Shown piece after piece: positions 18,279 through 28,251 of a stretch of 64,000 nt of DNA. This DNA comes from a virus. Lineage: Duplodnaviria > Caudoviricetes. The position numbers and the translations under genes were made by a program. The stretch lies in the IMG/VR virus record IMGVR_UViG_3300024272_002379. One strand, written 5' to 3'. Each line of letters opens with the position of its first letter. Positions within the stretch are counted from its first letter, which is position 1. A model generated the notes under the pieces. That model had not been told where the DNA came from, searched no databases, and was given only the letters and a program-made list of their open reading frames with translations.

Positions 18279-19544
18279 TTATGCCAATTTATACTTGACT
18301 TTACACATATGGATGTTTGGAGTTGTCTGATTTCCTTCAATAGTATATCTTACCATTAACTTATGACCCTGTAAGATAAACGGACATGTAGATGGTATCT
18401 TGTGTGTGTTACCATTGGAATCGTAATAGAAATACTCTTTTGACACTCCAAAATTACTATCATCTACAATACCAGAATTATTAAAGTATACTTCTGAATC
18501 ATAGACTTTAATGTTTCTATCTGTCTCAGGGAAATCAAATACCATGTCAAATTGACTATGGTCTCTTGTATAAGTATTATAAACAATGTCAACATCTCTG
18601 AGACCAAAGTACCAGATTCGTCTATTATTTTCAGCATCATATTCATAATTACGCTGTCTGAACTTTATTTTTATCTGGTTTGTTTGTACATTCTGGAAGT
18701 TGAACTTAAGGTTCGATGCATTTTCTATTACGTTATATACCTGTGTGTTACCAAAGACATCTGTTTCTTCTCGCTCTATACATCCATAATGTTCTGTAAA
18801 ACCAGGGATAGTTTGCCATGTTCCATTGGATTTATATTTGACATCTAAAATGTCCATGTATCCAATTGGAAATGTATTTATTGTTATCTGGTTCATTAAT
18901 CGTGTAGTAATAATGTCTTCTGGCAATCCTATGACAATCTCATTATCTATAAACTCAACATCAGGACTTGTAATTACTTTTCTAAACCATACTGTACTGC
19001 TGTTGCCATCAAAAGCATTGTTAATGTCGCTATCTTCAATGGCATAAATATTGCCACCTACCTGGAATGTGTCTGGCCCAATATAAGCCTGTAAGCTTGG
19101 AGGAACCAAAGTTTCATCATAGGTACTGTCGTATAATCTTGTTTTACTGATGCTGTTTACGATATGAGCTACAATGTCATTTGTATTTTTATCAATTACA
19201 GCACCATAGCCATCGTCCATTGTCGTAGCTTCGAAAGCATATCTGGTAACGATTCTGAAATCATCTTCTGCACTGGTAAGATTATTGTACATTTCAACAA
19301 GCTTATCGAGATTTACGATAGCCTCTTCCAATCTTTTAGCGTAGCAATTTGATTCAATGTTATAAGCTAAATTCATCTCATATACTGTTTTTTGAAGCTG
19401 ATTGGCTTTATTAAACAAGTCTAAGATGTCATGGAATGCTTCTTCTTGCATTTCATTAAGTTTAGCACTGCTCATGGGAGCTCTATACTTATACTCCCTT
19501 TCTCTAATTGAAGGAAGGTTTCTAACGAATAGATTATTGTTCAT
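18279..19544 (-). CDS. virion structural (baseplate/fiber-associated) protein
   Basis: N-terminal coiled-coil module shared with neighbours, discoidin-like NAFDGN.STVW motif, C-terminal TP.I...K strand. Confidence 0.6.
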   Translation of the reverse strand: MNNNLFVRNLPSIREREYKYRAPMSSAKLNEMQEEAFHDILDLFNKANQLQKTVYEMNLAYNIESNCYAKRLEEAIVNLDKLVEMYNNLTSAEDDFRIVTRYAFEATTMDDGYGAVIDKNTNDIVAHIVNSISKTRLYDSTYDETLVPPSLQAYIGPDTFQVGGNIYAIEDSDINNAFDGNSSTVWFRKVITSPDVEFIDNEIVIGLPEDIITTRLMNQITINTFPIGYMDILDVKYKSNGTWQTIPGFTEHYGCIEREETDVFGNTQVYNVIENASNLKFNFQNVQTNQIKIKFRQRNYEYDAENNRRIWYFGLRDVDIVYNTYTRDHSQFDMVFDFPETDRNIKVYDSEVYFNNSGIVDDSNFGVSKEYFYYDSNGNTHKIPSTCPFILQGHKLMVRYTIEGNQTTPNIHMCKVKYKLA

Positions 19545-21264
19545 CGGTTTCCTCCGTTTCTAACTGATATTTACCAGTTGTAAATCTTTTATCTTGTAAC
19601 CATAAAGTTGTATGGTCTTCTATATAGGAGACGCTATTTAATGTCTGGACTCTAATAGAATTGCCATTACCAACAGACTCTGCTAATTTATGAAAGTCTT
19701 GCTCTATATTGGCAAATAATTCATATAATGTTTTGACATTTTCAAATATCATCATGTCTACATTATCGTGTTTATAAGCTTCTGCTGGTCCCCTATATCT
19801 ATTATTTTGACGAGTAGCCTCTGGATAGTTATTTTGCAAGTATATAGGATTATAGTTATTCTCTGTTGTTGAATCTTTTTCTAATCCAATAACACCTATC
19901 GTAGCTGTAAAAATTACTCCATCTTCTTTATAAGATACTTCGTATTCGTTTAAGCCAACAAATTCTATAACGTTGCTATTGATACTAAAGTTTCTTACGA
20001 CTACCACCGAACCGTCAGAGTAATGTGCTTTACAGATTACTCGTTCTGGACTAAATGATTTTCCCTGTACAACTTCTGGACCAGTATATTCTGCCTCGAT
20101 AAAATTAAGAGTTACTATTGGTTTAATACCAATTACAATCATTTTTGTGTTAACTGGACCAAGTTTACCTGTATACTGTACCTCTATGTAATTTACGCCT
20201 TCATGTTCTATTGTCATTGGAGCAAATATACATAAAGTAGGGTCTACATCTTCATAATAGGTATTCACTTCATCATTAGATTTGTAATAGATTTTAATAT
20301 TACAATATCCGATATTAAAGTCATGGTCAATTTCTACATTAGGCCCATTATAATAAGCGATAAGTCTGGAAGATGATACGTCATAAGTTGGAACAACTAC
20401 GGTTGCATAAAATCCCTTATAATATACGACGATAGCCCCAGAATTAGTTTCGCTCACAATGTTCCCGTCAGGGAACGTAAAGTCAGTTACTGTGCCGCTG
20501 GAACCATCGGAATAATGAGCGATTACGACAAAATATTTGCGAAGAGCTTCATTGCCAAAAGCAACACTCGGTCCATCATATAAAACCTGTATTGATTGTA
20601 GGTTCTTTACACCTTGCACAATAACACTTGTAATAAAAGTCGTACCAGTAGGAGACTCATAAATAACTTTAACGACATTACTATTTAACTGTGTAATAAT
20701 TCTATCTGCTGGGTCAGTTGTATATCCATCTACAATAATGGCACGGTTACCGTCAGAATAAATAGCATACAGCTTAAGGTCATCCAAACTAAAGGTTTCA
20801 CCCACAGGAATAGGCGGACCAACATAAGACGCTGCAACTGTCACTATTTCTGGAGTAGCATAAGTATCTATATAGATAATTGCATAATGGTCAAATGATT
20901 CTTTTGTTGAATCAGCATGGAAGATAACACAGCTTTCTTCTACTGTAAATGGTTCATAATAGTACTGAGCACTATTAGTGGCATCCATAAGGTCTACTGT
21001 TTTATCGTATCTATCAATTTTATCAAGTAAGATGCCGTAATTTTCATCAATATTCGTAATAGATGTATATCCAAATTCCGATACAGGAACTACTTTGTAT
21101 ACACATCCATTAATTATACTGGTTGGATTGTTTAACTGAATTTCTGGAGAACCATAAAGTACTTTTGTCGTAGCAGGTAGGTGAGCAAATGTACCATATT
21201 GTTTTCCTAAGTCTGGTATGACAGAACCTTCTATACGACACCATTCAATTGTAAATACAGCCAT
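19534..21264 (-). CDS. virion protein with bacterial Ig-like repeats
   Basis: Four repeats of A.Y.GP.V..G..F.......A.YSDG. Confidence 0.7.
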   Translation of the reverse strand: MAVFTIEWCRIEGSVIPDLGKQYGTFAHLPATTKVLYGSPEIQLNNPTSIINGCVYKVVPVSEFGYTSITNIDENYGILLDKIDRYDKTVDLMDATNSAQYYYEPFTVEESCVIFHADSTKESFDHYAIIYIDTYATPEIVTVAASYVGPPIPVGETFSLDDLKLYAIYSDGNRAIIVDGYTTDPADRIITQLNSNVVKVIYESPTGTTFITSVIVQGVKNLQSIQVLYDGPSVAFGNEALRKYFVVIAHYSDGSSGTVTDFTFPDGNIVSETNSGAIVVYYKGFYATVVVPTYDVSSSRLIAYYNGPNVEIDHDFNIGYCNIKIYYKSNDEVNTYYEDVDPTLCIFAPMTIEHEGVNYIEVQYTGKLGPVNTKMIVIGIKPIVTLNFIEAEYTGPEVVQGKSFSPERVICKAHYSDGSVVVVRNFSINSNVIEFVGLNEYEVSYKEDGVIFTATIGVIGLEKDSTTENNYNPIYLQNNYPEATRQNNRYRGPAEAYKHDNVDMMIFENVKTLYELFANIEQDFHKLAESVGNGNSIRVQTLNSVSYIEDHTTLWLQDKRFTTGKYQLETEETDEQ

Positions 21265-21272
21265 TTCATCAC

Positions 21273-23318
21273 CTACTTTCCTGTAATTCTAAAGTTAACA
21301 AGTTCAGGAGATACGTTTCTATCGTTACTTGTTAGAACTGCCATAATTCTAAACTTAACATGGTTATCTTTAAAATAATCAACCATGTCTTCTCGTAATG
21401 CATAATAACTCAAAAAATATCCCATGTCTTCTAAACTGGATTTAATCATATCATCTGGATTACATTTTACGTAAATATAATCGTCTTTGATTGTGTAATA
21501 CTGATATGTCTCTCCAATCATTTTATCTAATATCATATTGCTGGTATATTTCATCGGCGTAAATGCAAATACATCGTTGGTTAACTCTTTAAAGTTTAGA
21601 TTGTGATATAAGCGTTTTACAGTAGCTGTATTACTATCACAATAAATTGCTATCTGTATTTTGTTAACGCCTTTCTTAAGGGCAAATGAATATTGACTAT
21701 TATCCATCGCCGTCACTTCATAACCATTTAAGAAAATTCTAATCTGAGTTCCTTCGATATCTATCGTATGTCCTGTGTCTGTAACTCTAATAAACTTATT
21801 GAATATATTTGCAGATTGCTCTAATGATATATATTGTGTCATAACGTATAAAACATTTGACTGAATTTCAAACCCATCATAATTTTCACAGTCCATAAAC
21901 ATCTGTGTTGTATTGCATTTCTCTACATGGTCTGTAAAATCTCCAGTAATTAATGAGAATCCATCGCTATTAGAATCTCCTGCTTTTCGATTATATCGCT
22001 TAACAGACCACATATTGTACCCTGCTGTAAGTTTTATACTGTTTCTGTTTACATTTCTCGGTAACTTAAACAGTCGATACAGGTTTAACATAACTCCCTG
22101 ATGACCAAAATCGCTAATATGCTCATTAAGTATTCTGTGTCTTTTCTCGAACATAAATAATTTATGGTCTTCATGATTCTTAATTGCATCCCAGCCTATT
22201 TTATCTTCTCCATTATCAAATCCAATGAAATAGTCTATGCGGGTTCCATTAAAAATCATGTCTGTTGCATCTAATTTTATTGTACTGGTTAAATCATCAA
22301 AGTCTATAATCTTAGATACAAAAACAGATTTGGATTCAAATTCCTCTTTAGCGATAGAAATATTTTTCAACAAGAAATAATATTCGTACATAGAAGTATC
22401 TATTGCCACTCCGTCTGGTTCTGACTTATGACAAATAATTCTAATGTATCTTGCTTTTTTGGAATTAAAGTTCCATTCTACATAGTCTCTGTTCGACATA
22501 TCATAAACAGGAATATAGTTTTCTCCGTCTTCCGACAATAAAAGCTCGCAAGGCATTTCTCTTGTAGAAGTATAAGAGAACGAAACCATATTAAATTCTA
22601 TAAGAGAACCAAGGTCTACATTGATGCTGATTTGTTTAGGCTGTCCGTCGGAGCTCTTAGCTGATATAACGTACAAATCGCTAATAGTATCTGTTAGAAT
22701 TTTTGACAATTCTCCTTGTGTTTCATACCCATCAAAAGCAATCAATCCATCAATACTAATGATAGCATTAGACATTGAGATTTTATTTACTTTATTGCTA
22801 GTTCTATCTGTGTAAATTTTCTTTTGGAGTAAGTCTACAAAGGATGTTGTATAAGGAATGTTTCGTTTGGTATCACCATAAAATTCTATTCCATACATGT
22901 CATCAAAAACTTGTACATACTGCTTTACATAATTCGTAGTTCTTAAAGCTTCACTTATGTTTTTCACCCTAAGTGCTAACTTTGTAATTGCATTACGTAC
23001 TTTATTCTTTTCAAGGTCGTAGTATTCCTGCATTGCAACTGCCTTATTGTTTGCTTCAATATTGGCTTGATATACTGTTTCGATATCTTCTTGAAAAGTT
23101 TTAAAGTTATGATTATAATCTTCCTTGCTGGATTCTTCATATGGCTTTTGTTTAATTGGAGAATAATACGGCATACCAAGAGTATGATTATCAAAATGTT
23201 CGGCAAGCATTCTATTGAGCTCGAAGTTGTTAGGCTCAATACCTTTCTGAAGAAGTTTCTGTATAAACTCTTCGGTTTTTCTTTTTTTCTGTATAGAACT
23301 AATACTCAATAGTCTCAC
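21273..23318 (-). CDS. virion structural protein
   Basis: N-terminal coiled coil, discoidin-like S.DGENY...ARYIRI motif; paralogous features with neighbours. Confidence 0.6.
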   Translation of the reverse strand: MRLLSISSIQKKRKTEEFIQKLLQKGIEPNNFELNRMLAEHFDNHTLGMPYYSPIKQKPYEESSKEDYNHNFKTFQEDIETVYQANIEANNKAVAMQEYYDLEKNKVRNAITKLALRVKNISEALRTTNYVKQYVQVFDDMYGIEFYGDTKRNIPYTTSFVDLLQKKIYTDRTSNKVNKISMSNAIISIDGLIAFDGYETQGELSKILTDTISDLYVISAKSSDGQPKQISINVDLGSLIEFNMVSFSYTSTREMPCELLLSEDGENYIPVYDMSNRDYVEWNFNSKKARYIRIICHKSEPDGVAIDTSMYEYYFLLKNISIAKEEFESKSVFVSKIIDFDDLTSTIKLDATDMIFNGTRIDYFIGFDNGEDKIGWDAIKNHEDHKLFMFEKRHRILNEHISDFGHQGVMLNLYRLFKLPRNVNRNSIKLTAGYNMWSVKRYNRKAGDSNSDGFSLITGDFTDHVEKCNTTQMFMDCENYDGFEIQSNVLYVMTQYISLEQSANIFNKFIRVTDTGHTIDIEGTQIRIFLNGYEVTAMDNSQYSFALKKGVNKIQIAIYCDSNTATVKRLYHNLNFKELTNDVFAFTPMKYTSNMILDKMIGETYQYYTIKDDYIYVKCNPDDMIKSSLEDMGYFLSYYALREDMVDYFKDNHVKFRIMAVLTSNDRNVSPELVNFRITGK

Positions 23319-25074
23319 CTCCAGTTGTTAATTTTAATTTGTACTGATATACAATCGGAGTTGAATACTCCGCAGCTTCTATATCCGTTGGTCTATCCAT
23401 TTCAATTTTTAATTGAACTGATTTTACTTCGCCAGCGATACTTAAGTTCTTGCTTTTCTTTTCAGTGGTTTTATTACTTATCAGATTCTCAATTGAATCA
23501 TTATTTACATAGTACTTGTATATACCCTGATATGCTCTGTGCATTGGATATATCTGATGCCATGTTATACCGTTATTTAAGCTGATGTAATATCTTAATA
23601 TATCTGGATTACCTCCAGGAATATATTCATCTGCTTCCAAAGTAATACTTGTAATGACTTCATCTGTAACAAATCTTTTACTTACATATTCGCCATACTT
23701 TTCAAATGTACAAGAAGACACTCTTATATCTCTTATACCTATCATGTATCTGTAAGCGTCTATGATTTCCTGTCCCGCTTTTTGAGCAATTGTACTTTCT
23801 GGTAAAGTAAATAATTTGTCTTTAACGTACTCTGCATCTGGAAGTTCTGTTGTTGAATCTGAATAAGTTATCCACTGTGTTGTCGGGTCATATTTCACGC
23901 CTAATAGCCCGATAGAAGGTTTTTTACCATCTACCCTAGCAAACATATCAGAGTAATCATAATCTTGGAATATGGACATATTAGAGGTGTCTGCTGATGT
24001 ATAATAAAAATGTCCTATCTTAGTCAAGTATTTTGATGGCTGTACAAAAGTAAACTCTATACGTACAATTTCCTGAGGAGGAAATGGGAATACTAATGTA
24101 TCATTAAATACTTGATTTGTAGCTACTTCATACACATTATTTGAACTAGTAATAACTTCACACTTCTCAAGATAACAGCTTTTTACCCCTTTGATTTCTG
24201 ATAAATATGGAGTAATAGTTACCCATGAACATACATCTTCTACAGATAAATGTACGACGAGTTTTAACCTTAAGACGTCTTCGTTATTTACCCAACTAAT
24301 TCCTTCATCATATTCAAATCCATACGAATTACATTGTTTACGAACGTCATCAGTAATAGAAAACATTTCGAATTCAAACCAGGTATCCTTTGTGCCGTCA
24401 ATGATTGCATTAGGATTAAGCTTTAATCCGTCTTGACCTATAAAGTGCATCTCACTATTTAGTGTGTCTACGCAGTGAGTATTGCCTGGAAATCCATTGC
24501 TTACTTCGCTATCTATTTCTATTTTAGACACCAAAGACCTTGAAGCTGAACCTCTTTTTAATGTAAGAATTCCATCAGTGGTATTAATATAACCACATTT
24601 GCTAGAATCTGCATTTCCTGTCATTTCTAAATCACTAAATAGCTCTGTGAAAACAACAGTGCCTTTTGGCTGATTCTTAGCAATGCTTTCTCCAATAGCT
24701 AAAATCTTTTTTGAAATATAAGCCAATTCATTAACCATCATTGTACGTCCAAGCTCTGCATCAATAAAGGACTGTGAAACAAGCTCACTTAAAGCTTCAC
24801 AGTCCTTTATAATATACTCCATGTCGCTATATGATTCTGCAATCATTGCGTTATATTCATCAGACATTGGAGTACTAACTGCTGGCCTGTATTGGAACGT
24901 TGGCTTTGTTAGTGAATTATAGAATTCGGTAAGCATGTTTTTAATTCGATAATAGTACTCTGTTTCCGTTCTGATATTGCCATTGCTGTAATCGTAATTG
25001 ATTTGACTTATTAAGGAATTTAGCTTGTTATCTATTGTTTTACTTTTATCGGTATATTGTAACAAGTTTCCCAT
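23299..25074 (-). CDS. virion structural protein
   Basis: SNGFPGNTH, IIDG..DTWFE and G.YVS motifs; paralogous with flanking genes. Confidence 0.6.
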   Translation of the reverse strand: MGNLLQYTDKSKTIDNKLNSLISQINYDYSNGNIRTETEYYYRIKNMLTEFYNSLTKPTFQYRPAVSTPMSDEYNAMIAESYSDMEYIIKDCEALSELVSQSFIDAELGRTMMVNELAYISKKILAIGESIAKNQPKGTVVFTELFSDLEMTGNADSSKCGYINTTDGILTLKRGSASRSLVSKIEIDSEVSNGFPGNTHCVDTLNSEMHFIGQDGLKLNPNAIIDGTKDTWFEFEMFSITDDVRKQCNSYGFEYDEGISWVNNEDVLRLKLVVHLSVEDVCSWVTITPYLSEIKGVKSCYLEKCEVITSSNNVYEVATNQVFNDTLVFPFPPQEIVRIEFTFVQPSKYLTKIGHFYYTSADTSNMSIFQDYDYSDMFARVDGKKPSIGLLGVKYDPTTQWITYSDSTTELPDAEYVKDKLFTLPESTIAQKAGQEIIDAYRYMIGIRDIRVSSCTFEKYGEYVSKRFVTDEVITSITLEADEYIPGGNPDILRYYISLNNGITWHQIYPMHRAYQGIYKYYVNNDSIENLISNKTTEKKSKNLSIAGEVKSVQLKIEMDRPTDIEAAEYSTPIVYQYKLKLTTGGETIEY

Positions 25075-25084
25075 AATAACACTC

Positions 25085-25363
25085 CTATTTTAAAGTTGAG
25101 ATGATTTCATTTCTGAGCATAAACAAGATAGCTTTTGGACAAATCTGTTGGCTCATCATAGCCATAACCTGGTTTCCGCAATACTTTTCAGTAATACAAT
25201 CGAAAACAGCATCTGCAACATCAATCGCAGATGCTCCTTCGTCCATTTTGGCTATTGCTACGTCTTTAACGTCTGCACGAATGTAATTGTCCAAAGATTT
25301 TCCAGTATACTCATCAATGAGTTCTTTTACAGTTTCTTTCTTTCGTTCTGTATAAGAAGCCAT
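25085..25363 (-). CDS. small helical hypothetical protein (paralog 3)
   Basis: 92 aa, AGGAGGT RBS; similar to 25382-25678. Confidence 0.75.
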   Translation of the reverse strand: MASYTERKKETVKELIDEYTGKSLDNYIRADVKDVAIAKMDEGASAIDVADAVFDCITEKYCGNQVMAMMSQQICPKAILFMLRNEIISTLK

Positions 25364-25381
25364 GATAATTACCTCCTAATC

Positions 25382-25678
25382 TTATGGTGTAGCATTTAAT
25401 GCTTCGATACGTTTTTGTACTTCACCCTGTAAATATAATGCAACGTTGTGCATTGAATCGCCCATTCCAACGAGGCCAAAACCAGTTTGATGCAAATCTA
25501 ATTTAGCTACTGCATTGTAAGCATTGATTGCAATTTCTTTAGCAGGTAAACCTGCTTCCATTCCCTTACGAATTTCTGTAGAAGGGAACATACAGTTCTG
25601 AACATTTGTAAAATGTCCCATGATTTCATAACCAGCGTCACATACGCTTTGAATCTGTTCTTCTGTATACTTAGCCAT
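25382..25678 (-). CDS. small helical hypothetical protein (paralog 2)
   Basis: 98 aa, AGGAGGT RBS, TAATG coupling to the upstream gene. Confidence 0.75.
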   Translation of the reverse strand: MAKYTEEQIQSVCDAGYEIMGHFTNVQNCMFPSTEIRKGMEAGLPAKEIAINAYNAVAKLDLHQTGFGLVGMGDSMHNVALYLQGEVQKRIEALNATP

Positions 25679-25968
25679 TATGGTGTACCTCCTGCGATAA
25701 TCTTTCTAATTTCTGACATTGCGTATCTTACATTGTTCGCTGTAAGTCCTTGATTTAAACAAGTTGGCATCATGTAAGATTGTCCTGCACCACAGCCATG
25801 TCTAACTGTGTCAAATGAATCTAAGTATGTAGTCATTTCTAAGATTGTATCTTCGGTAGGGTTTTTAATGATTTCGTTAGCTGCATGAGTGATTTCTTGT
25901 GTTTGTAAGAATTCATGACAGTACTTATACAAAGTCTCATGAATCTGGTCTTTTTGCTGTTGTGTCAT
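25678..25968 (-). CDS. small helical hypothetical protein (paralog 1, more divergent)
   Basis: 96 aa, AAGGAGG RBS. Confidence 0.75.
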   Translation of the reverse strand: MTQQQKDQIHETLYKYCHEFLQTQEITHAANEIIKNPTEDTILEMTTYLDSFDTVRHGCGAGQSYMMPTCLNQGLTANNVRYAMSEIRKIIAGGTP

Positions 25969-25983
25969 TACTAATTCCTCCTT

Positions 25984-28251
25984 TTAAATTGTTGTAAATT
26001 CTAATTTATAACTGTTAAGCACTGGTGTTATCCAGCTATCTCGTTTAGTATTACGTCTCAGTATAGCTTTTAATCTAACCTTACAGTCAAAACTTGGATA
26101 GTTAATTTCAATCTTACGAAGTTTCGAAATTGGCTGATTAAAATAAATATACCTTCCATTAGTATAATACTGTATTTTGTTAGTATTTGCAACGAAGTTT
26201 TTATAGCTTTCGCTAGGGTTTTCTTTATTGGTCACACACTGTATCGGACTATTTTCCTGGTTTGTTTGATTAAGGACTTTATTGGTCTCAATATCAATGA
26301 TTTTAATGTATGTTGCTGTACTGTCTGGATTTGCTTTACTATAGAACGGATAACTTGCTAATTCATAACATGCAGTACCATTGCCCATTATTTCTTCATA
26401 TGAATTAGAAGGTGTAGGCTCATCATTTCCTATAAGGCTTAATTCTTTAGAAGAATCTGTTGGCTGATATGATACAGTATATACTGCAAAGTGGTCTATA
26501 TTAGCAATCTCTACAGCTATTACGTTATTGTCTGCATCGTATCTTAGGATGTAATCCGCATCCTCTGTCATTACGATGTCGTTCATATAAACGATAGGAC
26601 GAACCATTTGTACTTTTTGATTGCCGTCTTTATCGTAAGTAATGACATTACCACAAACTGCTGTGTGCCTTAAGTAGCAATAATCGTAATCCAATTGTAA
26701 GAGTTCTCTGTAAACATATTTCTTATTCAATGGACATATTGGTAACCAATCTTTGTAAGATGGATTCTTCTTTGTGGTTACGTAAAATTCAATATCTGTA
26801 ACAATTTGCTCGTCTGTTGCTTTAAAGTGTTCTTCATCTGATGTTAAACGAATGGTGTCTATTGGGCCACCTACTTCTATCTCTTGCGATACATAAACAC
26901 CAGCCTTTTGGAACTCTACATAGTTTGGAGCTATATTGTAAAAACCATATGTATACTGATATTTTGTTACTGGTAAGAATTTATTTTTATTGCTTACTAA
27001 TAAATCATTTATGTCCAAGTTTTTATTGGTTACGATTTTATTATTAACGTAACGCCATACTGGGTCTTCTGCTGCACGGTCTAAATACAATGGAGCAAAT
27101 ACAGTTGTATTTTCCATGATAGCATCCTTTGTTTCATTGTATGTAGCATTGAACCACAATTCATTTTTAAACATCTGGTTACTTGAAATCATGTACGTAT
27201 CTTTGATGCAGTGCAACTGATTAATTAGAATGTATAATTTTTTGCAAGTAATCTCTGGGAAATGGAAAGCATGTTCCTGAAGGATACTTGTACTATTTAA
27301 CCATTCGTGTTTAATATTATCTGGACATACAATATCATACGTGTCATCATCTTCATCATCCGTTAACGAATATCTGATTGCAATAACATCTATTGGGAAG
27401 TTACCAAATGGCTTTAATACAATTTCATTTATCTTGGCAAGAGATTCGAATGTGAGACATAGCTCACACATAGCACCTCTAGGTAAATCGTAAAATGAAC
27501 GAGTGATTTGGCTTAATCCGTCAGGATTAGAAAAACCTTCACCAACGACTTTCATTTCAGCATCAGCTAATATTGTTTCCGCCCAGTAAGTACTCATTGA
27601 TGTATCAATAGCATTTTCAAGTTTAGCTTCTGAATTACGAGCTTTAATAAATCCTGAACCGTATTGTTTTGTAATGCTAATTTCGCCTAATTGTACTCCA
27701 GATTTATAAATCATTACGTTTTGCTGTCTAGTGTAATTCAAAGTGACATTCTCCTGCTCTGGATTAAACTTTACATAAGTAGATAACGGCATGATTTCTC
27801 CATATCTTTCTGTATAATAAGCCGCATCCATTTCTTGATTATTTTGAGTTCTGAATCCTTCAATGTGACAAGCTGGTGACCCTGCTGTTCCGATAACAGC
27901 TTCATATTCATCCAACTTATCATTCAATGCTGCAATATTTGAATACAAAGTGTTTACAATACTTTCATTTAACATTTGATGACTATTGATAGTATCGTAA
28001 AGTTGATTAATATATCCAAATGTTGTTAACATATCCAGATATAATTCGTAAGCGACTTGATTGTAATCATCAGCATTAGTTAATCCATTTTGAGGTCTAA
28101 TTGTAGTTGCAAGTAATTTTGACTGTACTTTAGAAATAAGATTTGACTTATACAAGTCTTTTTCTGTACTGGTCATATATCTAATGTCTGATAATTGATT
28201 AATTACTTTTTCAACCATTTCTTCTTTGATTTTGTCTAATGATGTTACCAA
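25984..28251 (-). CDS. large virion structural protein
   Basis: TTG start with GGAGGTG RBS; shares the N-terminal helix, NAID...TYW, G.YVS and TPVL..YKL motifs with neighbours. Confidence 0.6.
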   Translation of the reverse strand: MVTSLDKIKEEMVEKVINQLSDIRYMTSTEKDLYKSNLISKVQSKLLATTIRPQNGLTNADDYNQVAYELYLDMLTTFGYINQLYDTINSHQMLNESIVNTLYSNIAALNDKLDEYEAVIGTAGSPACHIEGFRTQNNQEMDAAYYTERYGEIMPLSTYVKFNPEQENVTLNYTRQQNVMIYKSGVQLGEISITKQYGSGFIKARNSEAKLENAIDTSMSTYWAETILADAEMKVVGEGFSNPDGLSQITRSFYDLPRGAMCELCLTFESLAKINEIVLKPFGNFPIDVIAIRYSLTDDEDDDTYDIVCPDNIKHEWLNSTSILQEHAFHFPEITCKKLYILINQLHCIKDTYMISSNQMFKNELWFNATYNETKDAIMENTTVFAPLYLDRAAEDPVWRYVNNKIVTNKNLDINDLLVSNKNKFLPVTKYQYTYGFYNIAPNYVEFQKAGVYVSQEIEVGGPIDTIRLTSDEEHFKATDEQIVTDIEFYVTTKKNPSYKDWLPICPLNKKYVYRELLQLDYDYCYLRHTAVCGNVITYDKDGNQKVQMVRPIVYMNDIVMTEDADYILRYDADNNVIAVEIANIDHFAVYTVSYQPTDSSKELSLIGNDEPTPSNSYEEIMGNGTACYELASYPFYSKANPDSTATYIKIIDIETNKVLNQTNQENSPIQCVTNKENPSESYKNFVANTNKIQYYTNGRYIYFNQPISKLRKIEINYPSFDCKVRLKAILRRNTKRDSWITPVLNSYKLEFTTI

